64,000 bases of DNA from Planctomycetota bacterium (lineage in GTDB: Bacteria > Planctomycetota > UBA1135 > UBA2386), in contig JBKAGP010000001.1 in assembly GCA_046290465.1 (NCBI GenBank), positions 736,001-800,000 on the forward strand, read 5' to 3'. Below, piece by piece: positions 32,699 to 42,103 of the stretch (its first letter is position 1; each line of letters begins with the position of its first letter). The position numbers and the translations under genes were made by a program. The notes beneath the pieces are model-generated. The model was given only the letters and a program-made list of their open reading frames with translations, did no database searches and had not been told where the DNA came from.

Positions 32699-35600
32699 TG
32701 CGCACCGCCCTCGCCACGTTGCTGCTGTCCGTCGCCGCCGTCCCGGCCCAGCAGCGCATCTCCCTCGACGGCACCTGGCAGGTCCGCGACGAGGCCGCGC
32801 AGGACTGGCGCGCGGTGCACGTGCCCGGTGCGTTCGAGGCGGTGCTGGGTGACGACTTCGACGGTCGCGCCCGCTACCGGCGCACGCTGCCGCTGCCCGA
32901 GCGGCGCACGCCGCGCACGTTCGTCGAGTTCGACGCGGTCGCGACCTACGCCGAGGTGCTCGTCAACGGCCACCGCGTCCACGACCACCTCGGCGGCTGG
33001 ACGCCGTTCCGCGCCGAGCTGACGCGGCACCTGAAGTGGGACGGCAGCGACACCCTCGAGGTGCTCGTCGACGAACGCGTCGGCCACAACACGCAGGGCT
33101 TCCTGCCGATCATCCAGCCGCACTTCGGCGGCATCTGGCAGTCGGTGACGCTGTGCTGTGGCGACCGGCCACAGCTCGACCGGCACGACCTGTTCTGCTA
33201 CGCGCGCCTGCTCGATGACGGCAACGGCGAACTGACCGTGCGCGCGTCGATCGTGCCCGGCGATCGCAACCGGCGTGGCGACGCGCTGCACGTGCAGCTG
33301 CGCGACGGCGACCGGGTCGTGCTCGACGAACGCCGCGGCTTCGGCGGCTTCGCCGAGCCCTGGCGCGTGCCGCAGGTGCGGCGCTGGCGACCCGGCGCGC
33401 CGGAGCTCTACACGCTGCGCGTCGCGCTGCTCGAGCGCGGCAAGGAGGTCGACGTTGTCGAACGGCGCGTCGGGTTCCGCTCGCTGCGTACCGACGGCAC
33501 GCGCGTGCTGTGGAACGGCCAGCCGTTCCAGATGCGCGGGGTGCTGCACTGGGGCTACTCGCCGCCGAGCCTGGCACCACCGAGCGATCCAATGCACTGG
33601 CGGCCGCAGCTCGAATACTTCGCGAGCCTTGGCTTCAACACGGTCAAGTGCTGCCTGTGGATCCCGCCGCGCGGCTTCTACGAGCTGTGCGACGAGCTCG
33701 GCCTCGCCGTGTGGCAGGAGTACCCGACCTGGCATCCCACGATGGACCAGGCGCACAAGCAGGAGCTGCTGCGCGAATACCGCGAGTTCTTCCGGCTCGA
33801 CAAGAGCCACGCGTCGGTCGGGTTCCGCAGCATCACCTGTGAGACCGGCCAGGGCGCGGACCTGGACGTCGTGCGCACGCTCTACGACGCCTGCAAGAGC
33901 AGCGTGCCGGACACGCTGGTCGTCGACGACAGCTCGTGGATCGGCTGGCAGCGCGTCACCGACTTCTGGGACGAGCACCCGTACGGCAACAACTCGTGGT
34001 TCCCTGGTCGTCTGCAGGACTTCTTGAAGCACATCGACGAGAAGGGCGCGAAGCCGCTGCTGCTCGGCGAGTGCCTGGCGGCGGACACCTGGGTCGATCG
34101 GGACGCTTGGCTCACGACCCACGGCACGCAGGACCTGTGGTGGCGGCCGTGGTGCTGGGATGCGCAGGCAGAGGCGGAGCAGTGGCTGGCCGCATCGTTC
34201 GGCAGCGACCTGCTGCGGCAGCTCGAGCCGACCGCACGGGCGTTCGGCCTGCGCAACCGCCAGTTCCAGATCGAACAGCTGCGCCTGAAGATTCCGGACG
34301 CGGGCTACGTCGTGTCGGTCGCGCGCGACTTCACCAAGGCGCGCATGGGGCTGATCGACGACCTCGACCGGCCCAAGTACGACGCCGACGCGTGGCGCTG
34401 GCACCGCGACACGATGATCTGCCTGGACCTGCCGTGCCAGGCACGTTCCCGGACCGAGATGGACCGCGAGGTGCGCGTGCGGGTCAGCCACTTCGGTGCC
34501 GAGCCGCTGCGTGGCGCGCTGACCTTGTCGTGCGAAGAACTCGGCGTGCGCACCGAGGTGCCGCTGCAGGTGGCTGCCGGTGGCTGCAGCGAGGTCGTGA
34601 CGCTGGCGCTGCCGGCGCCGCGCGTCCGTCCACGTCGGGTCCTGGTGCGGGCCGAACTGGCCGGCTCCCACCCGGCCCGCAACGCGTGGCCGCTGTGGAA
34701 CGTGCCCGCAGCGAGCCAGCCGTTGCGCAGCGAGGTGCTGGTCACGGACACGCTGACCCCGGAGCGCATCGACGCGATGCTCGCCGGCCAGCGAGTGCTG
34801 CTGCTGTGTGGCGACCGGAAGGGCACGCTGCGCAACGACAAGCTGTGGTTCTTGAAGGGCGCGCCGTTCGCGCCGCCCCATCCGATCCACCAGCGGCTGC
34901 CCACGCAGCTGCTGCTCGACACGATCGCGTTCGACCTCGAGTCCGAACGCGTGATCCCGCTCGCCGGGCTGCGCGACCAGGTCGACCCGATCCTGGCGTT
35001 CTGGGACACGCACGACGTGCGCGACGTGAAGTTCCACCTGCACGCGTTCGACACGCGGGTCGGCGAGGGCCGCCTGCTGGCGACTTCGATGAACCTCGAC
35101 GGCCCGCGGCACAGCCTGCCGTTCTGGGTGCGCCAGCAGCTCGTCGCGCACCTGGCCGACGGCCCAGCACCCGAGCGCGCGCTGCGCGACGAGACCATCG
35201 AGGCGCTGCGGGCGAAGCTGGTCGAGCGCACCATCGACCTGCCGATCTGGCGCTTCTGCACCGACCCGCAGGACCAGGGTCGCAACGCGCGCTGGTTCGA
35301 TCCGGCGCACGAGGTCGACGGCGACGGTTGGCGGGATCTGAAGGCCGGCTCGCACTGGGAGAACCAGGCCGACGACCTGCGGCACTACACCGGCGTCGCG
35401 TGGTACCGCATCGACGTCGACGTGCCTGCCGACTGGCGGGGCCTCGACGCACGCGCGGTGTTCGACGGGGTCGACGACAGCTTCCACTGCTGGCTCAACG
35501 GCGAACTGGTCGGCACGTTCGGCGACGAGGCGAGCCGCACCACGATCTGGCTCGAACAGCAGGTCTGCGAACTGGGACGCAAGCTTCGGCCGGGGCAGCG

Positions 35601-35709
35601 CAACACCCTGGTCCTGCGGGTCGTCGACCACGCCGGCGCCGGTGGCCTGTGGAAGCCGGCGCGCCTGACCACGGGGCCGGTCGGGACCGCGGGCGACCTG
35701 CTGCGCTGA
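32698..35709 (+). CDS. Secreted glycoside hydrolase family 2 protein with N- and C-terminal sugar-binding domains
   Basis: ISLDGTW, FDAV...NG...HLGGWTPF, GGIWQSV, GFR, CDELGL.VWQE; second GVAWYR...FDGVDD...GGLWKP domain; TGATG coupling. Confidence 0.85.
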   Translation: MRTALATLLLSVAAVPAQQRISLDGTWQVRDEAAQDWRAVHVPGAFEAVLGDDFDGRARYRRTLPLPERRTPRTFVEFDAVATYAEVLVNGHRVHDHLGGWTPFRAELTRHLKWDGSDTLEVLVDERVGHNTQGFLPIIQPHFGGIWQSVTLCCGDRPQLDRHDLFCYARLLDDGNGELTVRASIVPGDRNRRGDALHVQLRDGDRVVLDERRGFGGFAEPWRVPQVRRWRPGAPELYTLRVALLERGKEVDVVERRVGFRSLRTDGTRVLWNGQPFQMRGVLHWGYSPPSLAPPSDPMHWRPQLEYFASLGFNTVKCCLWIPPRGFYELCDELGLAVWQEYPTWHPTMDQAHKQELLREYREFFRLDKSHASVGFRSITCETGQGADLDVVRTLYDACKSSVPDTLVVDDSSWIGWQRVTDFWDEHPYGNNSWFPGRLQDFLKHIDEKGAKPLLLGECLAADTWVDRDAWLTTHGTQDLWWRPWCWDAQAEAEQWLAASFGSDLLRQLEPTARAFGLRNRQFQIEQLRLKIPDAGYVVSVARDFTKARMGLIDDLDRPKYDADAWRWHRDTMICLDLPCQARSRTEMDREVRVRVSHFGAEPLRGALTLSCEELGVRTEVPLQVAAGGCSEVVTLALPAPRVRPRRVLVRAELAGSHPARNAWPLWNVPAASQPLRSEVLVTDTLTPERIDAMLAGQRVLLLCGDRKGTLRNDKLWFLKGAPFAPPHPIHQRLPTQLLLDTIAFDLESERVIPLAGLRDQVDPILAFWDTHDVRDVKFHLHAFDTRVGEGRLLATSMNLDGPRHSLPFWVRQQLVAHLADGPAPERALRDETIEALRAKLVERTIDLPIWRFCTDPQDQGRNARWFDPAHEVDGDGWRDLKAGSHWENQADDLRHYTGVAWYRIDVDVPADWRGLDARAVFDGVDDSFHCWLNGELVGTFGDEASRTTIWLEQQVCELGRKLRPGQRNTLVLRVVDHAGAGGLWKPARLTTGPVGTAGDLLR

Positions 35710-35782
35710 ATCGGCCCCTTGCGCCGGACGGCACGCGATCCCACACGCGTTGGTCGCGCCAACCTGTTATCCTGCTCCCCCC

Positions 35783-36352
35783 ATGAACGTCACCAGCATC
35801 CAGCCCACCCCGAATCCGAACGCGTTCAAGTTCCTGATGGACAAGCCGATGGCCAAGCCCGGCCAGACGCAGGCCTACGCGAAGCCGGAGCAGGCCAAGG
35901 ACGACGTGCTGGCGCAGAGCATGTTTGCGGTGCCGGGCGTCGAGACGCTGTTCTTCTGCGATAACTTCGTGACCGTCAGCATGACCGGGGAGGCCGACTG
36001 GCGCGCGGTGGCCGGGCAGATCTCGAAGCTGCTCGAGAGCCACGAGGCGCCCGAGATTGGCGAGGCCGACGTCGCGCCGAAGGACTCGGACGATCCGCTG
36101 GCGTCGATCCCGAAGGGCGGCGATCCGGAGATGCTGTCGAAGATCAACGCGCTGCTCGACGACCGGGTGCGCCCGGCGCTGGCCGGCGACGGCGGTGGCC
36201 TGCAGGTGATGGGGCTCGAGGGCAAGACGCTCTACATCCGCTACGAAGGCGCGTGCGGCAGCTGCCCGAGCTCGACGTCGGGCACGTTGATGGCGATCCA
36301 GAACCTGCTGCAGAGCGAAGTCGACGAGGACCTCGTCGTCACGATGAGCTAG
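35783..36352 (+). CDS. NifU/Nfu-family Fe-S cluster protein (Nfu_N + NifU_C)
   Basis: TPNPNAFKF; VRPALAGDGG; GACGSCPSS. Confidence 0.93.
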   Translation: MNVTSIQPTPNPNAFKFLMDKPMAKPGQTQAYAKPEQAKDDVLAQSMFAVPGVETLFFCDNFVTVSMTGEADWRAVAGQISKLLESHEAPEIGEADVAPKDSDDPLASIPKGGDPEMLSKINALLDDRVRPALAGDGGGLQVMGLEGKTLYIRYEGACGSCPSSTSGTLMAIQNLLQSEVDEDLVVTMS

Positions 36353-36356
36353 GTCG

Positions 36357-36755
36357 ATGGCCCCCGCCGCGCCAACCCCGTGCCCGTGGTGCGGCTCGAT
36401 GCGCGGCGTCGTGCACGTTCATGGCCACGCGCAGTGCGTGACCTGCGGCACCAACGTCGACCCGTGCTGCAGCGGCGACACCGGCAACGACGCCGCGACC
36501 CGCACGACGACCGACGAGCAGGTGCACGTCGCACCCGAGCTGTTTCCGCTGGTGTTCGACGGCCTGGGCGGACGCGCGATCACGGTGACCACCGATGCGC
36601 TGCTGTTCGCGCTGTGCAACCGGCTGGGCAGTGATCTGGCCGAAGCGCGCATGGTGCTCGAGGCGGCCGAACGGGTCGGCGTCGTCGAGACGGCCAGGCC
36701 GGGCCAGCACCGCCTGCGCGAACTGCCGCCGCCGAACGTCGATCGTCGCGGTTGA
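36357..36755 (+). CDS. Small Cys/His-rich hypothetical protein
   Basis: CPWC..HVHGHAQCVTC..DPCCSG followed by a winged-helix-like segment; starts 4 nt after nfu. Confidence 0.6.
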   Translation: MAPAAPTPCPWCGSMRGVVHVHGHAQCVTCGTNVDPCCSGDTGNDAATRTTTDEQVHVAPELFPLVFDGLGGRAITVTTDALLFALCNRLGSDLAEARMVLEAAERVGVVETARPGQHRLRELPPPNVDRRG

Positions 36756-36793
36756 TTGCAGCGCGCGCCGCCCCTAGGCTCCGCGCACCACGA

Positions 36794-36878
36794 GCCGGAG
36801 TGGCGGAATCGGCAGACGCACAGCTTTCAAAAAGCTGCGAGGCAACTCGTGCGGGTTCAAGTCCCGCCTCCGGCACCA
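36794..36878 (+). tRNA. tRNA-Leu(CAA)
   Basis: GCCGGAGTGGCGGAATCGGCAGACGC-A-CAGCT-TT-CAA-AA-AGCTG, long variable arm, GGTTCAAGTCCC, CTCCGGCACCA. Confidence 0.97.
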
Positions 36879-36889
36879 TTCGTTGCGCC

Positions 36890-36935
36890 CGGTCCGAGAG
36901 ATTGGCGGTCCGAGAGATTGGCGATCCAAGAATGG
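36890..36935 (+). repeat. 16-nt tandem duplication plus a degenerate third copy
   Basis: cggtccgagagattgg x2, then cgatccaagaatgg. Confidence 0.8.
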
Positions 36936-37112
36936 GTTCCGGGACGAATCTCACGGATCGAGCCCCCTCCCCTCCCGCGACCCGACCAGACCGTGGCAGG
37001 CGGCCGTCGAGAAGACCCGCCCCCCGAACTGGACCTGCGAACCGGTGCGGTTGACAGGATGCGTTCGGGGCGGGACAAGGGTTGGGCCTGCCCTGCCACC
37101 ATGCGGCATCCC

Positions 37113-39473
37113 ATGAACCGAATCCTGTTCGCCGTCGGCGCCACCGTTCTCGGCGGCTTGCTCGTTGCCCAGTCTCCCGGCCCGCAGCTGCAGCTGCGCT
37201 TCGAGGTGTTCGATCCGCTCGAGGCGACGCCGGCGGTGCCGGCAAGCCTGCAGGCGAACGCGACCGCGCAGCTCGGGATCGTGCAGTTCGCCGGCACCCC
37301 GACGCAGGCGGATCGCGAACGGCTGGCCGAGGCCGGCCTGCGGCCGCTGTGGTACCTGCCCGACGACGCCTACGTCGTGTGCGGGCCGGCCGACGCGCGC
37401 CGCGGTCTGCGCAACCGCGCGGGCGTTCGCTGGGTCGGGCCGTTCCATCCGGCCTACAAGCTCGCGGCCGAGCTGCGGCCGGACCTGGTCGGCGACCGCA
37501 CGCAGGGCGAACGCTACGTCGTCGTGATGGCCGATCCGAAGCACGACGAGAACGGGCTGGTGCAGCGCATCGAACGGCTCGGGGGCAGCATCTGGCGCTA
37601 CGCCGCCGGCAACCTGCTGCTCGAGGTCGACCTGACGCCGCCGCAGTTGCAGCAGGTGCTCGCCGACGACGCGGTGCTGTGGGTCGAGCGTGCGCAGCCG
37701 ATCGAGCACGACATGGACAACGCCCGCATCCAGGGCGGCGCCGACTACCTCGAGGCGCAGGGCGGCACCGCCGGTGGCTTCACCGGCAAGGGCGTGCGCG
37801 GCCACATCATGGAGGGCATCTTCCCCAACCACCCCGAGTATGCAGCCAACAGCTGGCGGGTGGTGCCGGCGTCGGTGTTCAGCGGCCAGGCGACCAACCA
37901 CGGCCAGTCGACCTTCGGGATCGTGTTCGCCAACGGCGTCGACCCGATGGCGCGCGGCATGTGCCCGGACGGCCAGGGCTTCTTCACCGACTACAGCTGG
38001 CTGATCAGCACGCCGGCGATGCAGACCGGCAACAACAGCCGCTACGGCGTCGTGCGCGAGATCACCGACCCGGCGCAGCCGTGGCAGTGCATGTTCCAGA
38101 CGGCGTCGTGGGGCTACCCGCGCACGCTGTTCTACGACGCGCGTTCGGCGGAGATGGACTGGATCATCGCCGAGTTCGACCTGCCGATCTTCCAGAGCCA
38201 GTCGAACTCCGGCAACCAGATGTCGCGGCCGCAGGCGTGGGCGAAGAACATCGTCTCGGGCGGCGCGATCTTCCACAACGACACCGCGACGCCGGCCGAC
38301 GACAGCGCCAGCGGCACCAGCACCGGGCCCGCGACCGACGGGCGCATCAAGCCGGACCTGTGCGGCTACTACGACAGCATCTACACGACCTCGGGAGCGA
38401 GCGGCTACACGTCGGGATTCGGTGGCACCTCGGGCGCGACGCCGATGATCGCAGGACACGCGGCGATGATGCTCGAGCTGTTCACCGACGGCGCGTTCGG
38501 CCTCGAGCTGCAGCCCGGAGACGACTGGACCAACCGGTTCGCCCGCCGGCCGCACTTCAGCACCACCAAGGCGCTGCTGATCAACACCGCGCGCCAGTAT
38601 CCGCACGCGCAGGTCGGCGGCCGCTACCGCCAGGGCTGGGGCTTCCCGTCGCTCGAGGACCTGTGGGACCTGCGCGAGCAGATGCTCGTGCTGGACGAAC
38701 AGGACGTGCTGCAGCAGGGGCAGCAGCGCGTCTACACGGTGTTCGTCAAGCCGGGCACGCCGCAGCTGCGCGCGACGATGACGTTCGCCGATCCGGCCGG
38801 CAACCCGGCGGCGGTGCTGCACCGCGTCAACGACCTCGACCTCGAGGTGACGGCGCCCGACGGCACCGTCTACCACGGCAACGTCGGTCTGGTCAGCGAC
38901 GTGTTCTCGTCGCCGGGCGGCGCCCCCAACGACCACGACACGGTCGAGAACTGCTTCGTGCAGAACCCGATGCAGGGCCTGTGGACCGTGCGCGTGTCGG
39001 CCCCCGAGATCGTCGTCGACCAGCACGTCGAGACGGCGGCCACCGACGCGGACTTCGCGCTGGTGGTGAGCGGCATCGGTGCCGGCCGCGACGCGACGGG
39101 CGCGGTGCTCGACGTGGTCTCCAGCGCGCCGGGCAGCATGGTCACGACGCTGAGCAACCTGCCCGCCGGCGTCGCCGAGGGCTACGTGCTCTACACGCTG
39201 GCGACCGCGCGCGATCGCGGCATGGGCAACTTCCTCGGCCTCGAGGTCGACGACCTGTCGCTGCTGAGCGTCACCACGCCGGCGAGCGCCGGCCACCCGC
39301 TGCACTTCACCGGCAACGCCGGCGCCACGCAGTTCCCCAACGCGCCGTTCGTGTGGCCGGCGCTGGTGCCGACGCTGCTGCAGGGCCAGCAGCTCGACGC
39401 GGTCGCGGTGTTCGTCGACGCCAACGGCGCCTTCTTCGCGGCGTCGAACGTCGCACGCGTGACGGTGCAGTAG
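37113..39473 (+). CDS. Secreted S8 (subtilisin-like) serine peptidase with C-terminal extension domains
   Basis: Signal peptide; FTGKGV, NHG, GPATDGRIKPDL, FGGTSGATP, QGWG, VNDLDL, DTVEN. Confidence 0.88.
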   Translation: MNRILFAVGATVLGGLLVAQSPGPQLQLRFEVFDPLEATPAVPASLQANATAQLGIVQFAGTPTQADRERLAEAGLRPLWYLPDDAYVVCGPADARRGLRNRAGVRWVGPFHPAYKLAAELRPDLVGDRTQGERYVVVMADPKHDENGLVQRIERLGGSIWRYAAGNLLLEVDLTPPQLQQVLADDAVLWVERAQPIEHDMDNARIQGGADYLEAQGGTAGGFTGKGVRGHIMEGIFPNHPEYAANSWRVVPASVFSGQATNHGQSTFGIVFANGVDPMARGMCPDGQGFFTDYSWLISTPAMQTGNNSRYGVVREITDPAQPWQCMFQTASWGYPRTLFYDARSAEMDWIIAEFDLPIFQSQSNSGNQMSRPQAWAKNIVSGGAIFHNDTATPADDSASGTSTGPATDGRIKPDLCGYYDSIYTTSGASGYTSGFGGTSGATPMIAGHAAMMLELFTDGAFGLELQPGDDWTNRFARRPHFSTTKALLINTARQYPHAQVGGRYRQGWGFPSLEDLWDLREQMLVLDEQDVLQQGQQRVYTVFVKPGTPQLRATMTFADPAGNPAAVLHRVNDLDLEVTAPDGTVYHGNVGLVSDVFSSPGGAPNDHDTVENCFVQNPMQGLWTVRVSAPEIVVDQHVETAATDADFALVVSGIGAGRDATGAVLDVVSSAPGSMVTTLSNLPAGVAEGYVLYTLATARDRGMGNFLGLEVDDLSLLSVTTPASAGHPLHFTGNAGATQFPNAPFVWPALVPTLLQGQQLDAVAVFVDANGAFFAASNVARVTVQ

Positions 39474-39544
39474 CGGTGCTGGCCGAGATCGCCACGAAAC
39501 GCGTGCTTGCACCGCGTGGCGAGATCGGCTAAGCAACTCCGCGT

Positions 39545-39692
39545 CCCCAGCGGGGAAGTCCGGTGCGATGCCGGCGCTGTCCCGCAGCTGTGACCGAGGA
39601 CGAACGTGACCACGAACCACTGGCTCGCCGCGAACGGCGGGTCGGGAAGGGGGTCACCAGTAGGACGATCCGGAAGCCAGAAGACCTGCTGA
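39545..39692 (+). ncRNA. Cobalamin (B12) riboswitch
   Basis: GGGAAGTCCGGTGCGATGCCGGCGCTGTCCCGCAGCTGT...CCACTGG...GGGAAGG...B12 box AGCCAGAAGACCTGC. Confidence 0.93.
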
Positions 39693-39756
39693 GGACCAGC
39701 GCCGAGAGGGCGCTGCCGCAATCGCTTCGCGCGGCGCGAGTGACGCCGCTAGATCC

Positions 39757-40791
39757 ATGAACCGTTCCTCGATCGAGGTCCGTACCCAGCGTGGGTTCGG
39801 CACCTTCCTGGCCACCGCCACCGGCGCCGTGGCCCTTTGCGCGGCACTGCCCGCGCAGTTCTTCGCCGACACCGTCGTCGCCCACCAGTCCAACGCCCAG
39901 GCCGGCGGCGGCATCTTCCAGCCCGGCAACGCGCTCGGTGCGCCCGCGGGCGGCAGCGACGTGCACAGCCTCGGCATCCAGGGCTCGCTGACGCTCGGCT
40001 TCAGCAACGCGATCACCAACGGCCCCGGCGCCGACCTGATCGTGCACGAGAACCCGTTCCGTTCGACCAGCAACCTTGGGAACACGTTCGCGGAGGTCTG
40101 CTTCGTCGAGGTCAGCACCGATGGCGTGCACTTCGCGCGCTTCCCGTCGCGCTACTACGGCCCGATGCAGAGCCCGGGACCGTTCTCGTTCGTGCCGGTC
40201 GGCAGCTACTCGGGCCTCGCCGGCGTCACGCCGTCGTTCGTCAACGACCCGACGGTCGATCCGCGCGACCTGGTCGAGGCCGGCGGCGACGCATTCGACC
40301 TCAACGACCTTGCCAGCGACCCGTTGGTCGTGCAGGGACTGGTCGTGCTCGACCTGATCCACCAGGTCCGGCTGGTCGACGTGCTCGACGGCATCGACGT
40401 CGATTCGACCGGCACGCCGATCCAGGACCCCGGCAGCGGCAGCGCCGACATCGACGCGGTCACCGCGATCCACCAGATCCAGACGCTGACGCTCGACAAC
40501 CCGACCGTCGACCTGCAGATCCAGAACGACGGCACGATGACGCTGCGCATCGAGGACCCCAACGGTCGCGGCGATCTCGACCCGCTGAGCCTGCGCGCGG
40601 CGCTGTTCGGCCTGCCGGTCGATGCCGGCGGCCTGCTGGCGACGTTCACGCTGCAGAGCGTCGACGCGACCGGCTACACGCTGGTGCAGCCGGTGCCGCT
40701 GCCGCAGTCGATGCGGTTCTCGCTGGCGTTTTCGATCCGTGACCTCGCCGGCCACCACAGCGGTTCGACCAGGACGCGGCCGACGCCCTGA
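39757..40791 (+). CDS. Secreted cell-surface-type protein, BtuH-like putative corrinoid binder
   Basis: Signal peptide; SLGIQGSLTLGF..I.NGPGADLIVHENPF..AE..VEVSTDG..GGDAFDL..DIDAV; first gene after the B12 riboswitch. Confidence 0.6.
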   Translation: MNRSSIEVRTQRGFGTFLATATGAVALCAALPAQFFADTVVAHQSNAQAGGGIFQPGNALGAPAGGSDVHSLGIQGSLTLGFSNAITNGPGADLIVHENPFRSTSNLGNTFAEVCFVEVSTDGVHFARFPSRYYGPMQSPGPFSFVPVGSYSGLAGVTPSFVNDPTVDPRDLVEAGGDAFDLNDLASDPLVVQGLVVLDLIHQVRLVDVLDGIDVDSTGTPIQDPGSGSADIDAVTAIHQIQTLTLDNPTVDLQIQNDGTMTLRIEDPNGRGDLDPLSLRAALFGLPVDAGGLLATFTLQSVDATGYTLVQPVPLPQSMRFSLAFSIRDLAGHHSGSTRTRPTP

Positions 40792-41561
40792 TGGCTCTGC
40801 CTCGCGATCCGTGCAACCCGGAGCGTCGCCGCCGCGACCCGGCCGAACGTCCACCGCCGCCGCCTTTGGGCGGGCGGCTGGTGATGTCGTGGAGCGGCGG
40901 CAAGGACAGCGCGATGGCGCTGCACGACCTGCAGCGCGACCACGACTACGAAGTGGTCGGGCTGATGACCACGCTCAGCGCCGAACACGACCGCGTCAGC
41001 CACCACGGCGTGCGCGAGTCGCTGCTCGACGACCAGGCGCGCGCCATCGGCCTGCCGCTGCACAAGCTGCGCTGGCGCCAGCCCGACGGCGTCGACGAGG
41101 CGGCGGCGATGGCGTCGTTCGAGCTTGCGATGGAGCAACTGCTGCAGGAGCTGCGTGCCGACGGCGTGCACCACGTCGGCTTCGGCGACATCTTCCTCGA
41201 GCGCACGCGGCGCTACCGCGAAGAACGGTTGGCCGACGTCGGCATGCGCCCGGTGTTCCCGCTGTGGTCGTGCGACACCGAAGCGCTGCTGCACCGCTTC
41301 ACCGACGACGGCTACGAGGCCGTCGTCACCTGTGCCGAGCCGGTCGCGGCGGCGCTCAACGGCGTCGACCTGTCGAGCCGGCTGCTCGCCGATGGATGGC
41401 CCGCCGGCGTCGATCCGTGCGGCGAGCACGGCGAGTTCCATTCGTTCGTGCACCAGGGCCCCGTGTTCCGACGCCCGGTGCCGTTCGTGCGCGGCACGCG
41501 CGTGGTGCGCGACGGCCGCCACTACACCGACCTGATCCCCATTCCCCACCTGACTCCATGA
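40791..41561 (+). CDS. Dph6/MJ0570-related ATP pyrophosphatase, paralog 1
   Basis: PP-loop SWSGGKDS, FGDIFLE, PLW, DPCGEHGEFHSFV..GPVF; TGATG coupling. Confidence 0.9.
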   Translation: MALPRDPCNPERRRRDPAERPPPPPLGGRLVMSWSGGKDSAMALHDLQRDHDYEVVGLMTTLSAEHDRVSHHGVRESLLDDQARAIGLPLHKLRWRQPDGVDEAAAMASFELAMEQLLQELRADGVHHVGFGDIFLERTRRYREERLADVGMRPVFPLWSCDTEALLHRFTDDGYEAVVTCAEPVAAALNGVDLSSRLLADGWPAGVDPCGEHGEFHSFVHQGPVFRRPVPFVRGTRVVRDGRHYTDLIPIPHLTP

Positions 41562-42103
41562 CCCCCACCCTTCCCGATCGACGCGCCCGGCTGGTCGCCA
41601 CCGCGCTGGTCTGCGCCGCCGCCTGGTCGCGGCTGGTGCCGCACTGGCCCAACTTCACCGCCGTGCCGGCGATGGCACTGTTCGGCGCGGTCGCGCTCGG
41701 CCGTCGCTTGGAGGCGTTCGCGCTGCCGCTGCTCGCGATGCTGGTCAGCGACCTCGCGCTGGCGGCGTTCGTCTACGGCACCGACGCGTTCGTGATGATG
41801 CCCGCCGTCTATGCCGCGATCGCGGCAACGGTCTGGATCGGCTGCCTCGCCGGGCGCCGGCCATGGTCGCTCTTGCTGGCCGGCGTCGGCGCCACCGCGA
41901 CGTTCTTCGTGACCGTCAACTGCTACGTCTGGCTGGTCTCGGATCTCTACCCGGCGACCGCCGCCGGCCTGCTCGCGTGCTACCTCGCAGCGCTGCCCTA
42001 CGCCGGCAACATGCTGCTCGGAACGCTCGTCTACGGCGGCGCCCTGCTGGCCATCTGGCAGCTGGCCCGCTCGCCTTCCTCCGCCCAGCCGAACGCCACG
42101 TGA
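41558..42103 (+). CDS. DUF6580-family putative transport membrane protein
   Basis: RLVPHWPNFTAVPAMALFGA, PLLAMLVSD, FFVTVN..VW...YP....GLLACY.AALPY. Confidence 0.85.
   Translation: MTPTLPDRRARLVATALVCAAAWSRLVPHWPNFTAVPAMALFGAVALGRRLEAFALPLLAMLVSDLALAAFVYGTDAFVMMPAVYAAIAATVWIGCLAGRRPWSLLLAGVGATATFFVTVNCYVWLVSDLYPATAAGLLACYLAALPYAGNMLLGTLVYGGALLAIWQLARSPSSAQPNAT

Noticed and set aside
36879..37112. Island inserted at tRNA-Leu
   Set aside because: Downstream genes have host-like codon use; no integrase or att repeat seen
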